Below are positions 8,877 to 17,870 of a stretch of 33,723 nt of DNA, one piece after another. Each line of letters starts with the position of its first letter. The stretch's first letter is position 1. The DNA is taken from the sequence record SRR20825019_2975; one strand, written 5' to 3'. Position numbers and translations under genes: made by a program. The notes below the pieces were generated by a model. It worked only from the letters and a program-made list of their open reading frames with translations. It had not been told where the DNA came from and searched no databases.

Positions 8877-10074
8877 ACCCACAGTAGTGATGATGGGACT
8901 AGGCTATATAGGCTTGCCCACGGCAGCCTTAATAGCAAGTAAAGGGATTAATGTAACCGGAGTTGATATTTCCCAAAAGGTAGTAAAAACTATTAATGAA
9001 GGGAAAATCCATATTGTAGAACCAGATCTAGATGGATTGGTGCATCATGTGGTAAAAGAAGGGTTTTTAAAAGCCGCCACAACGCCCCTAGAGGCCGATG
9101 TTTATCTTATAGCGGTGCCAACTCCTTTTAAAGAAAATCATGTTCCAGACCTTTCTTATGTAGAAAGTGCAATAATGAGTTTAATTCCAACTTTAAAAAA
9201 AGGCGCTTTGGTAATTTTAGAATCTACCAGCCCAGTTGGAACTACACATAAAGTTCAGGAATTAATTTTTAAACAACGACCTGAATTAAAAAATGAAGTT
9301 TTTATAGCGTATTGTCCTGAAAGAGTTTTACCTGGAAATGTTATTTATGAATTAGAACAGAATGACAGAGCCATTGGCGGAATTGATGAAGCTTCAACCG
9401 AAAAAGCCGTTTGGTTTTATAAGCATTTTGTAAAAGGGGAATTGCACAAAACAAATTCTCAAACCGCAGAAATGTGTAAGCTTGTAGAAAATTCGTCTCG
9501 CGATGTGCAGATAGCATTTGCTAATGAGCTCTCAATGATTTGCGACAAAGCAAACATCAATGTATGGGAGTTAATACACTTGGCAAATAAACATCCCCGC
9601 GTAAATATTCTGCAACCAGGAACTGGCGTTGGTGGACATTGCATCGCTGTAGACCCATGGTTTATTGTTTCAGAATTTCCTGAGGAGTCAAAAATAATTC
9701 GTTCTGCACGAGAAATAAACAACTACAAAACAGAATGGGCCATAGAAAAAGTAAAAAATACCGCGCTTCAATTTAAAATTGATAATAGGCGAGATGCATT
9801 AATTGCCTGTATGGGGCTTGCTTTTAAACCAAATATTGACGATTTAAGAGAATCGCCTGCACTTCATGTGGCGGAACAGTTAAAAACTGATGGCTTTAAT
9901 GTTTTGTTTATAGAACCAAACTTGGACACCTATTCTAAATTTAAATTAACTTCCATTGAAGAAGCTAAGACAAATTGTGATATCATGGTGTTTTTAGTTG
10001 CACATAAAGAATTTAAAGGATTGAAGAATGAAGTTGAAACGAAGGTTTTAGATTTTTGTGGCGTGAGGAATTGA
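8866..10074 (+). CDS. wecC: UDP-N-acetyl-D-mannosamine dehydrogenase
   Basis: GLGYIGLPTA, IHIVEPDL, ILESTSPVGTT, CPERVLPG, KLVENSSRDVQIAFANE, PGTGVGGHCIAVDPWF, FKPNIDDLRESPA. Overlaps wecB. Confidence 0.95.
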   Translation: MEHKPTVVMMGLGYIGLPTAALIASKGINVTGVDISQKVVKTINEGKIHIVEPDLDGLVHHVVKEGFLKAATTPLEADVYLIAVPTPFKENHVPDLSYVESAIMSLIPTLKKGALVILESTSPVGTTHKVQELIFKQRPELKNEVFIAYCPERVLPGNVIYELEQNDRAIGGIDEASTEKAVWFYKHFVKGELHKTNSQTAEMCKLVENSSRDVQIAFANELSMICDKANINVWELIHLANKHPRVNILQPGTGVGGHCIAVDPWFIVSEFPEESKIIRSAREINNYKTEWAIEKVKNTALQFKIDNRRDALIACMGLAFKPNIDDLRESPALHVAEQLKTDGFNVLFIEPNLDTYSKFKLTSIEEAKTNCDIMVFLVAHKEFKGLKNEVETKVLDFCGVRN

Positions 10075-10230
10075 TATTTCTTTTTCACAAATCTGAAATC
10101 AATTAGATTAAAATAGTCTGAGCTTCTCGAGTACTTATTTAAATTGGGCATGAGCAGTGCTCAGTATTGGAAAAGATTACGATTTAATATTCAAAAAAAC
10201 TAGAACCAAAAGGTAAATATTTTATAGGCT

Positions 10231-11673
10231 ATGCTTTTTAACTCTATAGATTTTGCAATATTTTTCCCAATATTTTTTGTTATTTATTGGATTGTTGCTA
10301 AAAAACTAACACTTAGAAATACTTTTTTATTAGCTTCTAGCTATTTGTTTTATGGATGGTGGGATTGGCGTTTTTTATTTCTGATACTCTTTAGTTCTTA
10401 CGTAGATTTTACCATTGGACAAAAAATTCATAACTCCCAAAATAAAAGAACTCGAAAAAATTATCTGCTTGTTAGTTTATTAATAAACCTTGGGCTTCTA
10501 GCATACTTCAAATACACCAATTTTTTTATTGATTCATTTATAAATTCATTCCGATTTTTTGGAGCAGAAATGGATTCGTTTACTTTACAGATAATACTTC
10601 CAGTTGGTATTAGTTTTTACACTTTTCAGACACTTAGTTATACCATAGATATTTATCGTGAACGCCTTAAACCTACTAACGATTGGTTGTCTTTTTTCAC
10701 ATTTGTTGCTTTCTTTCCACAATTGGTAGCTGGACCCATAGAGCGAGCATCACATTTATTGCCTCAGTTTTTTAAAACCTATAAATTCAATTACAGCGCT
10801 TTTAAAAGTGGTTTATTATTAATGTCATTTGGACTGTTTAAAAAGATGGTTATTGCAGACAGGCTTGCTATCGTAGTTAATGATGTATATAACAATCCTA
10901 CGGGGCACAGTGGGCAGGATTTAATAATTGCCACCATATTTTTTGCATTTCAGATTTATTGCGATTTTTCAGGATATTCTGATATAGCTATTGGAATATC
11001 AAGAACCTTAGGTTTTAATTTAATGAAAAATTTTGAAACCCCTTATTTCTCAACATCTATTACAGAATTTTGGAGAAGATGGCACATATCTCTTTCAACT
11101 TGGTTTAGAGATTATGTGTATATTCCTTTAGGAGGTAGTAGAAATGGTGAATACAGAACCTATTTTAACTTATTTCTGGTATTTGTAATAAGTGGACTTT
11201 GGCATGGAGCAGCTATTACTTTTGTAATTTGGGGAGCGATCCATGGAATTATTATAGTTGTAGAGAAAGCGTTGAGTAATACAAAGCTACAGCTAAATAG
11301 AAAACCCGTTCTTCCTGCTTTAATTTTTGGGTTTTTTACCTTTTCGATTGTATGTTTTGCGTGGATATTTTTTAGAGCAAACTCCTTTGCAGACAGTATT
11401 TATATAGTAAAAAATCTATTCAACTTTAATTTTGCAGATTGGAGTCTATACAATTTAGGACTTCCTTCTCATGAGTTCGATCTTGCAATAATTAGTATTG
11501 TTTTACTCCTTATATTTGATGCAATCCATAGAAAGTATAATGCATTAAGTTTAATAAATAAAACAAATGTTTTTATTAGAAGTTTGGCATACACTATTAT
11601 TATTTTTAGCATAATAGTGTTTGGTATTTACGGGAATGATAGTGTTTCAGAATTTATTTATTTTCAATTTTAA
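10231..11673 (+). CDS. MBOAT family O-acyltransferase (AlgI/DltB/PatA-like)
   Basis: Multiple hydrophobic helices. LPVGISFYTFQ, FFPQLVAGPIER, QIYCDFSGYSDIAIG, FWRRWHISLSTWFRDYVYIPLGG, SGLWHGA (catalytic His) and terminal FIYFQF. Confidence 0.95.
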   Translation: MLFNSIDFAIFFPIFFVIYWIVAKKLTLRNTFLLASSYLFYGWWDWRFLFLILFSSYVDFTIGQKIHNSQNKRTRKNYLLVSLLINLGLLAYFKYTNFFIDSFINSFRFFGAEMDSFTLQIILPVGISFYTFQTLSYTIDIYRERLKPTNDWLSFFTFVAFFPQLVAGPIERASHLLPQFFKTYKFNYSAFKSGLLLMSFGLFKKMVIADRLAIVVNDVYNNPTGHSGQDLIIATIFFAFQIYCDFSGYSDIAIGISRTLGFNLMKNFETPYFSTSITEFWRRWHISLSTWFRDYVYIPLGGSRNGEYRTYFNLFLVFVISGLWHGAAITFVIWGAIHGIIIVVEKALSNTKLQLNRKPVLPALIFGFFTFSIVCFAWIFFRANSFADSIYIVKNLFNFNFADWSLYNLGLPSHEFDLAIISIVLLLIFDAIHRKYNALSLINKTNVFIRSLAYTIIIFSIIVFGIYGNDSVSEFIYFQF

Positions 11674-13112
11674 TGATGAAAAAAAGAATTATTTCAATAA
11701 TCGTATTGGTTGGATTCCTTATAACAGGCTTTATTTATTTGAATAAAGTTTTTGCTTCTAACCATCATTATATAAATACCACAGAAGATTTTAAAAAACT
11801 TTCAAAAAAATCAAATATTGATGTTATATTCTATGGAAGCTCACATGCTTATACTGCATATAATCCATTAATAATAAATGATATATGTAAAACAATTAGT
11901 TATAATCTTGGGTCTGATGGCTTAAAAATATCTTTAACGGATTTAGTTTTAAAGGAATCACTAAAATATACAAACCCAAAATTAGTTATATTGGAGGTTT
12001 ACCCCCCTTCATTACGAAAAGTTGAAGGAAAAGCAGATAAAGGATATCATTTAAGGGCAATGGACTTTGTTAGTAATTTCTCTTTTTTAAAATTAAAAAA
12101 AACAATTGAAATTTTTGATCCTACTGAGTATTTAGGCGTTTATTTTCCTTTAATCCGGAATCATGATAAATGGAATTCATTTAATTACTTCAGTTTTAAT
12201 AAGAGAAAATATCTAGATTACGAAAAAAATTTCTTTTATGGGGGTTTTTTAGGTTCTTTAAATGTTATGAATGATGAAGATAAAAAAAAATATGCTAATT
12301 TTAAAGAACCTCCCTTAACCAATGATCCTTCAAATAAATGGGTAAAAGAAGATGCAAAAAATCATATTAAAGAGTTTGTGTCTATTGCAAAAGAAAATGG
12401 TTCTGAAGTATTAATTATATCTTCACCGGACCCACGTGCACGACCAGCATTTAATTATTCTTTTTATCAAGAAATTAAGGATTTTAGTAGTACTATGAAT
12501 GTGCCATTTTTAAATCTTAATGATTTTTATGAAGAAATGAATCTCACACTTGATGATTTTAAAGATAACTCTCATTTAAATACATATGGAAGTATAAAAG
12601 CTACTAAATTTTTAGCTAATTATTTAAAGACAAACTATGATTTGCCAAATAGAATATCTGAAAAAGTCTGGAAAGATGAGATGATTAATTATAATTTTAT
12701 TAAAGCAGAATTTTATGATATTGAGATTAAATCATATAGTACTGTATTAAATAAAAACCTATCGCCTAATTTGGTTATAAATGAACTTTCAATTACACGT
12801 ATAAACAATAAGGAATTGTTGTTTAACATAAAGTTTGATTCTATTAATACAGATATTAATAAATTAAACAAGTATAGATTAGCTGCTCACGTATATAGCC
12901 ATGATGATGCACTTGCATTATTAAATAAGACAAGTAAATTGAAGAAGGCAAAATATGATCAAACAAATATTTTATTAGAAAGTGGTAAAGCTTTTACAAG
13001 CTTTAAAATTCAAACAAAAATAATAAAAATTAAAAAGGTTGAATTATTTCTTTTTGATAAAAATGGGTATGATGGCATAATTGGAAAAAAAATAGTCATT
13101 GATGATATTTAA
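11673..13112 (+). CDS. Membrane-anchored SGNH/GDSL-fold protein (AlgJ/DltD/PatB-like acyl-transfer partner) with an extra C-terminal beta-rich domain
   Basis: N-terminal TM helix, block I-like DVIFYGSSHAY, NLG, and DxxH in FKDNSHLN. TAATG coupling to the MBOAT gene. Confidence 0.75.
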   Translation: MMKKRIISIIVLVGFLITGFIYLNKVFASNHHYINTTEDFKKLSKKSNIDVIFYGSSHAYTAYNPLIINDICKTISYNLGSDGLKISLTDLVLKESLKYTNPKLVILEVYPPSLRKVEGKADKGYHLRAMDFVSNFSFLKLKKTIEIFDPTEYLGVYFPLIRNHDKWNSFNYFSFNKRKYLDYEKNFFYGGFLGSLNVMNDEDKKKYANFKEPPLTNDPSNKWVKEDAKNHIKEFVSIAKENGSEVLIISSPDPRARPAFNYSFYQEIKDFSSTMNVPFLNLNDFYEEMNLTLDDFKDNSHLNTYGSIKATKFLANYLKTNYDLPNRISEKVWKDEMINYNFIKAEFYDIEIKSYSTVLNKNLSPNLVINELSITRINNKELLFNIKFDSINTDINKLNKYRLAAHVYSHDDALALLNKTSKLKKAKYDQTNILLESGKAFTSFKIQTKIIKIKKVELFLFDKNGYDGIIGKKIVIDDI

Positions 13113-13129
13113 TTAAAAATTAGTGAATA

Positions 13130-14704
13130 ATGGATAGAAATAATAAAAAAGCTAAATTTTTTGCACTAGGAGTTGTATTTATAACATTCTTATTAATTAG
13201 TTGTAGTAATAAGGAAAATAAAAATGATATAAAAAATTTAAATCCGACTTCTATTCAAAAAGAGGTTGTTTCTATGCCTATAGATTCCATTAACTTAAAA
13301 GACAGATTAGAAAAAAGATTTTCAAAAATATACGAACCCAAAATAATTCGCTTTAATGACGGCTCTATAATAAATTTTCAAGAACCTTTAAATATTAATA
13401 AAATAGAAGATAATTTTAAACGCAATCCTGAGCTAGATTTTAGAGAATATATGACGAGTTTTAAATTAGATTCAGCAGGTGTTTTATTAAAAAAGGGAGT
13501 ATACAACCCTACTGAAATTGGTAAAATTGCCTTAAAAGCTATAAATAATTATAAAATAACTAATTCTGAATATGCTCTAGAAGTATTTTTGAATCAAGTG
13601 AGTTGGGCTGAAACTAATTTTTATGAAACAGCAAACTATGGATTTTGGTATTTTTCAGAACCTGCACCATTATATCATTTAGAACCAGGGTGGACATCTG
13701 CATTTACACAAGGAATTTTACTAAATGTTTGTTTAGAAGCCTATAAATTAACCAGAAAAAATAAATATGCTGTATTGATTGAAAAGGCTTTAAAAGGCTT
13801 TATGGTTCCTGTTGAAAATGGTGGATTTATGCGTGATTGGGACGAAAATGAACTATGGTTTGAAGAGTATAGTACTGCTAGACCTTCAAGAGTATTAAAT
13901 GGCACTATGTACGGACTAATTGGAGTTTATAATGTTTATAACGATTTAGGTATAGAGTTGGCTGATAAAATCTTTCAATCGGGTGTAAATACTTTAAAAA
14001 ATCATTTACATGAATATGACGCAAAGTATTCATCTCGATATAGCTTGGCAGATTGGAAAAATGAAATTTGTAAAGAAAATTATCATGAAGGACATGTTGT
14101 ACAATTATTATGGTTTTATAAAATAACAAAAGAAACAGTATTTAAAAAATATGCCAAAATATTTTTAGAAAATGATAGAGGTAACTTTATGGAGAAAACG
14201 GGTTATGATTTAAATAAAGCTATTGACATAAATATTTCTGCAAGCCATACTATTGATACTATTAAAAATGGGGTTAAAAACCTAAATGATGAAATTTGGG
14301 CTTATGGTGGCTTTTGGAGTTCACATAAAAATGTTGAATTAACTATAGACTTTGGTGAAAAAAAACAAAATATTTCTGCGCTTACCCTTTATCACGTAAA
14401 TGATAAAAGCAAAGATGTAAATTTTAAACTATATGCTTTTGATGAAGAAAAAAATGAATGGAGATTTGTTCAAGAATTTATATCCAAAATGATTAAAGAT
14501 AATGTAAGGGCATACAATAAAACTGGTGGTTATGAAACTTATATTGAGCATTATAAAATTTTTGAAAATGCAGATTCTCAAAAAATAAAAATGGTGTTTG
14601 ACGCCTCAAAAAATAATATTATAGCAATTAGGGAGATTAACCTTATTTATGACCGGTCTAAGGATTTTGATTATTTGACAAGAATAGTGGATGAAAAATT
14701 TTAG
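13130..14704 (+). CDS. Lipoprotein with a D-glucuronyl C5-epimerase C-terminal-family domain and a C-terminal discoidin/F5-8C-like domain
   Basis: Lipobox LLISC. Epimerase-family motifs WTSAFTQG, WFEEY, VLNGTMYGLIGVY, YD..YSSRYSL and YHEGHVVQL. The C-terminal ASHT..NLND..WSS..LTIDFG..I..L..IREI pattern is discoidin-like. Confidence 0.8.
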   Translation: MDRNNKKAKFFALGVVFITFLLISCSNKENKNDIKNLNPTSIQKEVVSMPIDSINLKDRLEKRFSKIYEPKIIRFNDGSIINFQEPLNINKIEDNFKRNPELDFREYMTSFKLDSAGVLLKKGVYNPTEIGKIALKAINNYKITNSEYALEVFLNQVSWAETNFYETANYGFWYFSEPAPLYHLEPGWTSAFTQGILLNVCLEAYKLTRKNKYAVLIEKALKGFMVPVENGGFMRDWDENELWFEEYSTARPSRVLNGTMYGLIGVYNVYNDLGIELADKIFQSGVNTLKNHLHEYDAKYSSRYSLADWKNEICKENYHEGHVVQLLWFYKITKETVFKKYAKIFLENDRGNFMEKTGYDLNKAIDINISASHTIDTIKNGVKNLNDEIWAYGGFWSSHKNVELTIDFGEKKQNISALTLYHVNDKSKDVNFKLYAFDEEKNEWRFVQEFISKMIKDNVRAYNKTGGYETYIEHYKIFENADSQKIKMVFDASKNNIIAIREINLIYDRSKDFDYLTRIVDEKF

Positions 14705-14733
14705 AAAGTCCCTTAAAAAATAATATAATTTTA

Positions 14734-15210
14734 ATGTTGAATAAAGCTTTCATATCCATTTTTTTTCTTTCAATAATTTTTTTGAGTTGTGGTGAGAAGT
14801 CTCTAGAAACAAATCTTGAAGAAGGTCTTACAAGCTATAGAAAAGTTAGAAATATAAATGAGTCGTTTATTGATGGCTATTCAATTAATAAAATTGCTTT
14901 CTTTAAAAAGGATTCTATTAATTATGAGTTTGTATTAAAACTTAACAGTGAGGTTGAAGAGGATACCGTAGCAAATTATAGTTTAGGAATGGTTGTTTTT
15001 ACGGATAAAAAATATTTAATTAAAGAACAAGACTATTTAATATGGGGTATGCAGCCAACTATTAAAGAATATGGTGATAATAAATACATTATAAGAGAGG
15101 TTAAAACACCAATTAAATACATGGATAGTTTGCATATTTTTCTTTATAATCGCAATGGGTATAAAGGAGTAGTAGGAAGTTTGATTAGGCTGAAGAATAT
15201 TCAGTTATAA
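14734..15210 (+). CDS. Hypothetical lipoprotein resembling the C-terminal domain of the upstream SGNH protein
   Basis: Lipobox IFLSC. Its C-terminus HIFLYNRNGYKGVVG resembles ELFLFDKNGYDGIIG in the 11673..13112 protein. Confidence 0.7.
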   Translation: MLNKAFISIFFLSIIFLSCGEKSLETNLEEGLTSYRKVRNINESFIDGYSINKIAFFKKDSINYEFVLKLNSEVEEDTVANYSLGMVVFTDKKYLIKEQDYLIWGMQPTIKEYGDNKYIIREVKTPIKYMDSLHIFLYNRNGYKGVVGSLIRLKNIQL

Positions 15211-15250
15211 GTGTACTTATTATACTTGGGTTAAACGTTAAAATTAAAAA

Positions 15251-16492
15251 ATGAAAATTAGAGGGTTATTTAAAAATCTAATATTGAATAATACCTCCCA
15301 GGGTCTTCAATTTGGCTCAAGATGGCTTTTAAATATCACATTACTTAATGTTTTAGATATAAATAATTATGCTGTTTTTTCCTTTGTTTATTCCATATCG
15401 AATATTTTAATGGCAATAATTCCTTTTGGAAGTCCAATATTTTTGATTCACGAAACTAAAAATATTGAGAAAAATAAAAACTTTTTATTTGATTCATTTA
15501 ACTTAGCTACCTTTCTTTTTAGTTGTATTGCCATTTTATATTTTTTACTCACTCCTTTTTTAAATTTCGTAAAAGGCTGGGAATTATCTATTTATGGTGT
15601 AGTTTTAGGATATGTACTTTCCTTAAATATCATTCTATTTTCATTTTTTAAAGGAGCTGGTGATTTTTTAAAAGAATTAAAGGCTTACATTATTTTCTTT
15701 ATAATGATTCTTTTGTTAATTGTCTATCTTTTTTTTATAAATGAATCAAATAAGAATTTAAATTTTATCCTTTTATCTCTTATTCTTATAAATGGAGCTG
15801 TGTTTTTTATCACTATGTTTTCTAACAAAATATTTCATCAAAGTTTATCTCCTGCTTATTGGGGATCTTATAAACAAAGGTTAAAAAGTGCGTTTTCAGA
15901 AAGAAAATATTTTGGATATCAGGAAATTGTGACAGCTATTTATACACAATCAGGCTTATTATTACTTTTTTATATATTAGATACAGAGATTTATGGATAT
16001 TATAGAGCATTGTTCGTTATTATATCACCTGTATATCTTATAACAGTTTCCATGTCGCAAGTTGTTTTAAATTATTTAAAAAACATTCCTAGCCATAAAT
16101 TGGTTGAAAATTATAGAAAATTGCAAGTTTATAGTTTTTTAGCAGGTTTAGGCATTTTAACAGTCTTGTTTATATTTAAAGACCTATTGTTTCAGATCAT
16201 AAAAGTGCCAGTAAATGAGTTGACAATATGGGCTTTTATTATTGTACTTCTTACTGCATTAACCCGTTTTATATTTGCTAATTATGAAATGTTGTTGATA
16301 GTTTTTGAAAAACAAAAATTTAGATTTTATATTGTATTTTGTGTAGCTATATTGAATATAATTCTAGTATTTGTATTATTACCAAAATATGGATTAATAG
16401 GGGCTGTTTCTACAAATCTGATTACCTACTTTTCGTTATTAATAGGTTTATTTATCGTAACTGAGAATATTATTCATGCGAAAAGAAAGTGA
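15251..16492 (+). CDS. wzx: Wzx-type oligosaccharide flippase (MATE/MOP superfamily)
   Basis: About 12 hydrophobic segments, N-terminal LFKNLILN..SQ, YGYYRA, and the C-terminal NIILVFVLLPKYGLIGA motif typical of Wzx. Confidence 0.8.
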   Translation: MKIRGLFKNLILNNTSQGLQFGSRWLLNITLLNVLDINNYAVFSFVYSISNILMAIIPFGSPIFLIHETKNIEKNKNFLFDSFNLATFLFSCIAILYFLLTPFLNFVKGWELSIYGVVLGYVLSLNIILFSFFKGAGDFLKELKAYIIFFIMILLLIVYLFFINESNKNLNFILLSLILINGAVFFITMFSNKIFHQSLSPAYWGSYKQRLKSAFSERKYFGYQEIVTAIYTQSGLLLLFYILDTEIYGYYRALFVIISPVYLITVSMSQVVLNYLKNIPSHKLVENYRKLQVYSFLAGLGILTVLFIFKDLLFQIIKVPVNELTIWAFIIVLLTALTRFIFANYEMLLIVFEKQKFRFYIVFCVAILNIILVFVLLPKYGLIGAVSTNLITYFSLLIGLFIVTENIIHAKRK

Positions 16493-16621
16493 TATTCAAA
16501 TGTAAACTTTGAGCTAATTAAATTGAATTGACGAAAAGAATATACAGCGGTAGCTTACAAAATGTAAAATATTTACGATTATTTTAAAGTATCTTAGCGG
16601 AGTTATATAGCCCTTTTTTAA

Positions 16622-17869
16622 ATGTTTAAAATTTCATATTTAGATTATTTTATAATTCTATTAATGTTTGCATTGTTACCTGTTGACATGTTGAATGGAA
16701 TAGTGCTAAAAAATGGAATAAACCTACCAATAAGCATAGGGCAGCTTTATAAATTAATTGTACTGTCTTTTCTTTTTTTAAGGTTTCTCTTTAAACCTAG
16801 ATTGCTTTTGTTTTCAATAGGGTTTACGGTCCTTTTATATCTTCCTTCTATTTATCAGTCTGTTAAATTGATGACTGCAGAACACCTAGTGGATGATGTA
16901 ATAAAAATATCTAAATACCTTACTCCACTGTATTGTTTTCTGTTTTTTGTAAATTATATAAAAAATGCAAGTGAATTAGGAGTTAATAGAATACTTCAGT
17001 TAATTAAGTTTTCATTTGCGGTATTAGCCGCTAACGTTTTGTTAAAGTATATTGGGTTAGGGTCACCTATGTATGAGTATGGAAACATTGGTAGTAAAGG
17101 ATTTTTTTATGCGGGTAATGAAATTTCTGCCTTACTAGTTATTTTAAGTTCAATAATCGCTTTTAATTTATGGTATAGAGAAAAACGAATTGCCTATTTT
17201 TTGTTTTGGGCATTTACACTTTTCGTAGGACTAACAGTTAGTTCTAAGACAGGTGTAATTGGAATAATGTTAATTTTCTTTTTAATTCCTTTAAAAAAGC
17301 CTTCTATAAAGCTAAACTTCAAAAGAATGTTGTTTTTTTTAATTTCGACACTGGTATTAATTCCAGGAGCTATTTATTTAATATGGAAATTCATTCAAGA
17401 TACAGCTCTGTTTATCCGATTACAGTACTTTTCAGAGAAGTTTGATATATGGACGTTTTTATTGTCAAACAGAAATGTATTCTTCAAAGACGCATATACT
17501 AATTATATAGAAAAATATAGTTTTTTGGAAAAAACTTTTGGTGTAGGTCAATCCCAATATGAAAATTTGAATAATGGAATGATTGTAGAAATAGACTTTG
17601 CTGATATACTTTTTGCTTTTGGTATTTTAGGACTTATATACTTTATAGTATTAATGTTTTTTTTAATAATACAAGCACTGCGCTTCTCGAGGATAAGAAA
17701 CTATCCATATTCTAATTTTGTTTTATTGATGGTTTTAGCACTTTTAGGCATTTCTACCACAGCAGGTCATGTTTATAGTTCTGGAATGGCAGCAGTATTT
17801 ATTGGGTTACTATTTGCACTTATGTATTTTAAAAAGGAAAATTTCACTAGAACAGATAATAAAAAATAA
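16622..17869 (+). CDS. Wzy-like O-antigen polymerase / O-antigen ligase-family membrane protein
   Basis: About 10-11 TM segments. KGFFYAGNE, SSKTG, LSNR, FGVG, EIDFADILFAFGILG, AGH. Confidence 0.7.
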   Translation: MFKISYLDYFIILLMFALLPVDMLNGIVLKNGINLPISIGQLYKLIVLSFLFLRFLFKPRLLLFSIGFTVLLYLPSIYQSVKLMTAEHLVDDVIKISKYLTPLYCFLFFVNYIKNASELGVNRILQLIKFSFAVLAANVLLKYIGLGSPMYEYGNIGSKGFFYAGNEISALLVILSSIIAFNLWYREKRIAYFLFWAFTLFVGLTVSSKTGVIGIMLIFFLIPLKKPSIKLNFKRMLFFLISTLVLIPGAIYLIWKFIQDTALFIRLQYFSEKFDIWTFLLSNRNVFFKDAYTNYIEKYSFLEKTFGVGQSQYENLNNGMIVEIDFADILFAFGILGLIYFIVLMFFLIIQALRFSRIRNYPYSNFVLLMVLALLGISTTAGHVYSSGMAAVFIGLLFALMYFKKENFTRTDNKK

Positions 17870-17870
17870 A

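Noticed and set aside
16546-16557. AGCGGTAGCTTA resembling the RfaH ops element (GGCGGTAGnnTG)
   Set aside because: It has two mismatches and no JUMPstart context. Bacteroidota use UpxY-type antiterminators, and none is encoded in the window.
17769-17870. N-terminal extension of the GT4 ORF given in the track
   Set aside because: It overlaps the upstream gene by about 100 nt, whereas ATG 17871 follows that stop by 1 nt and gives a canonical GT4 N-terminus.
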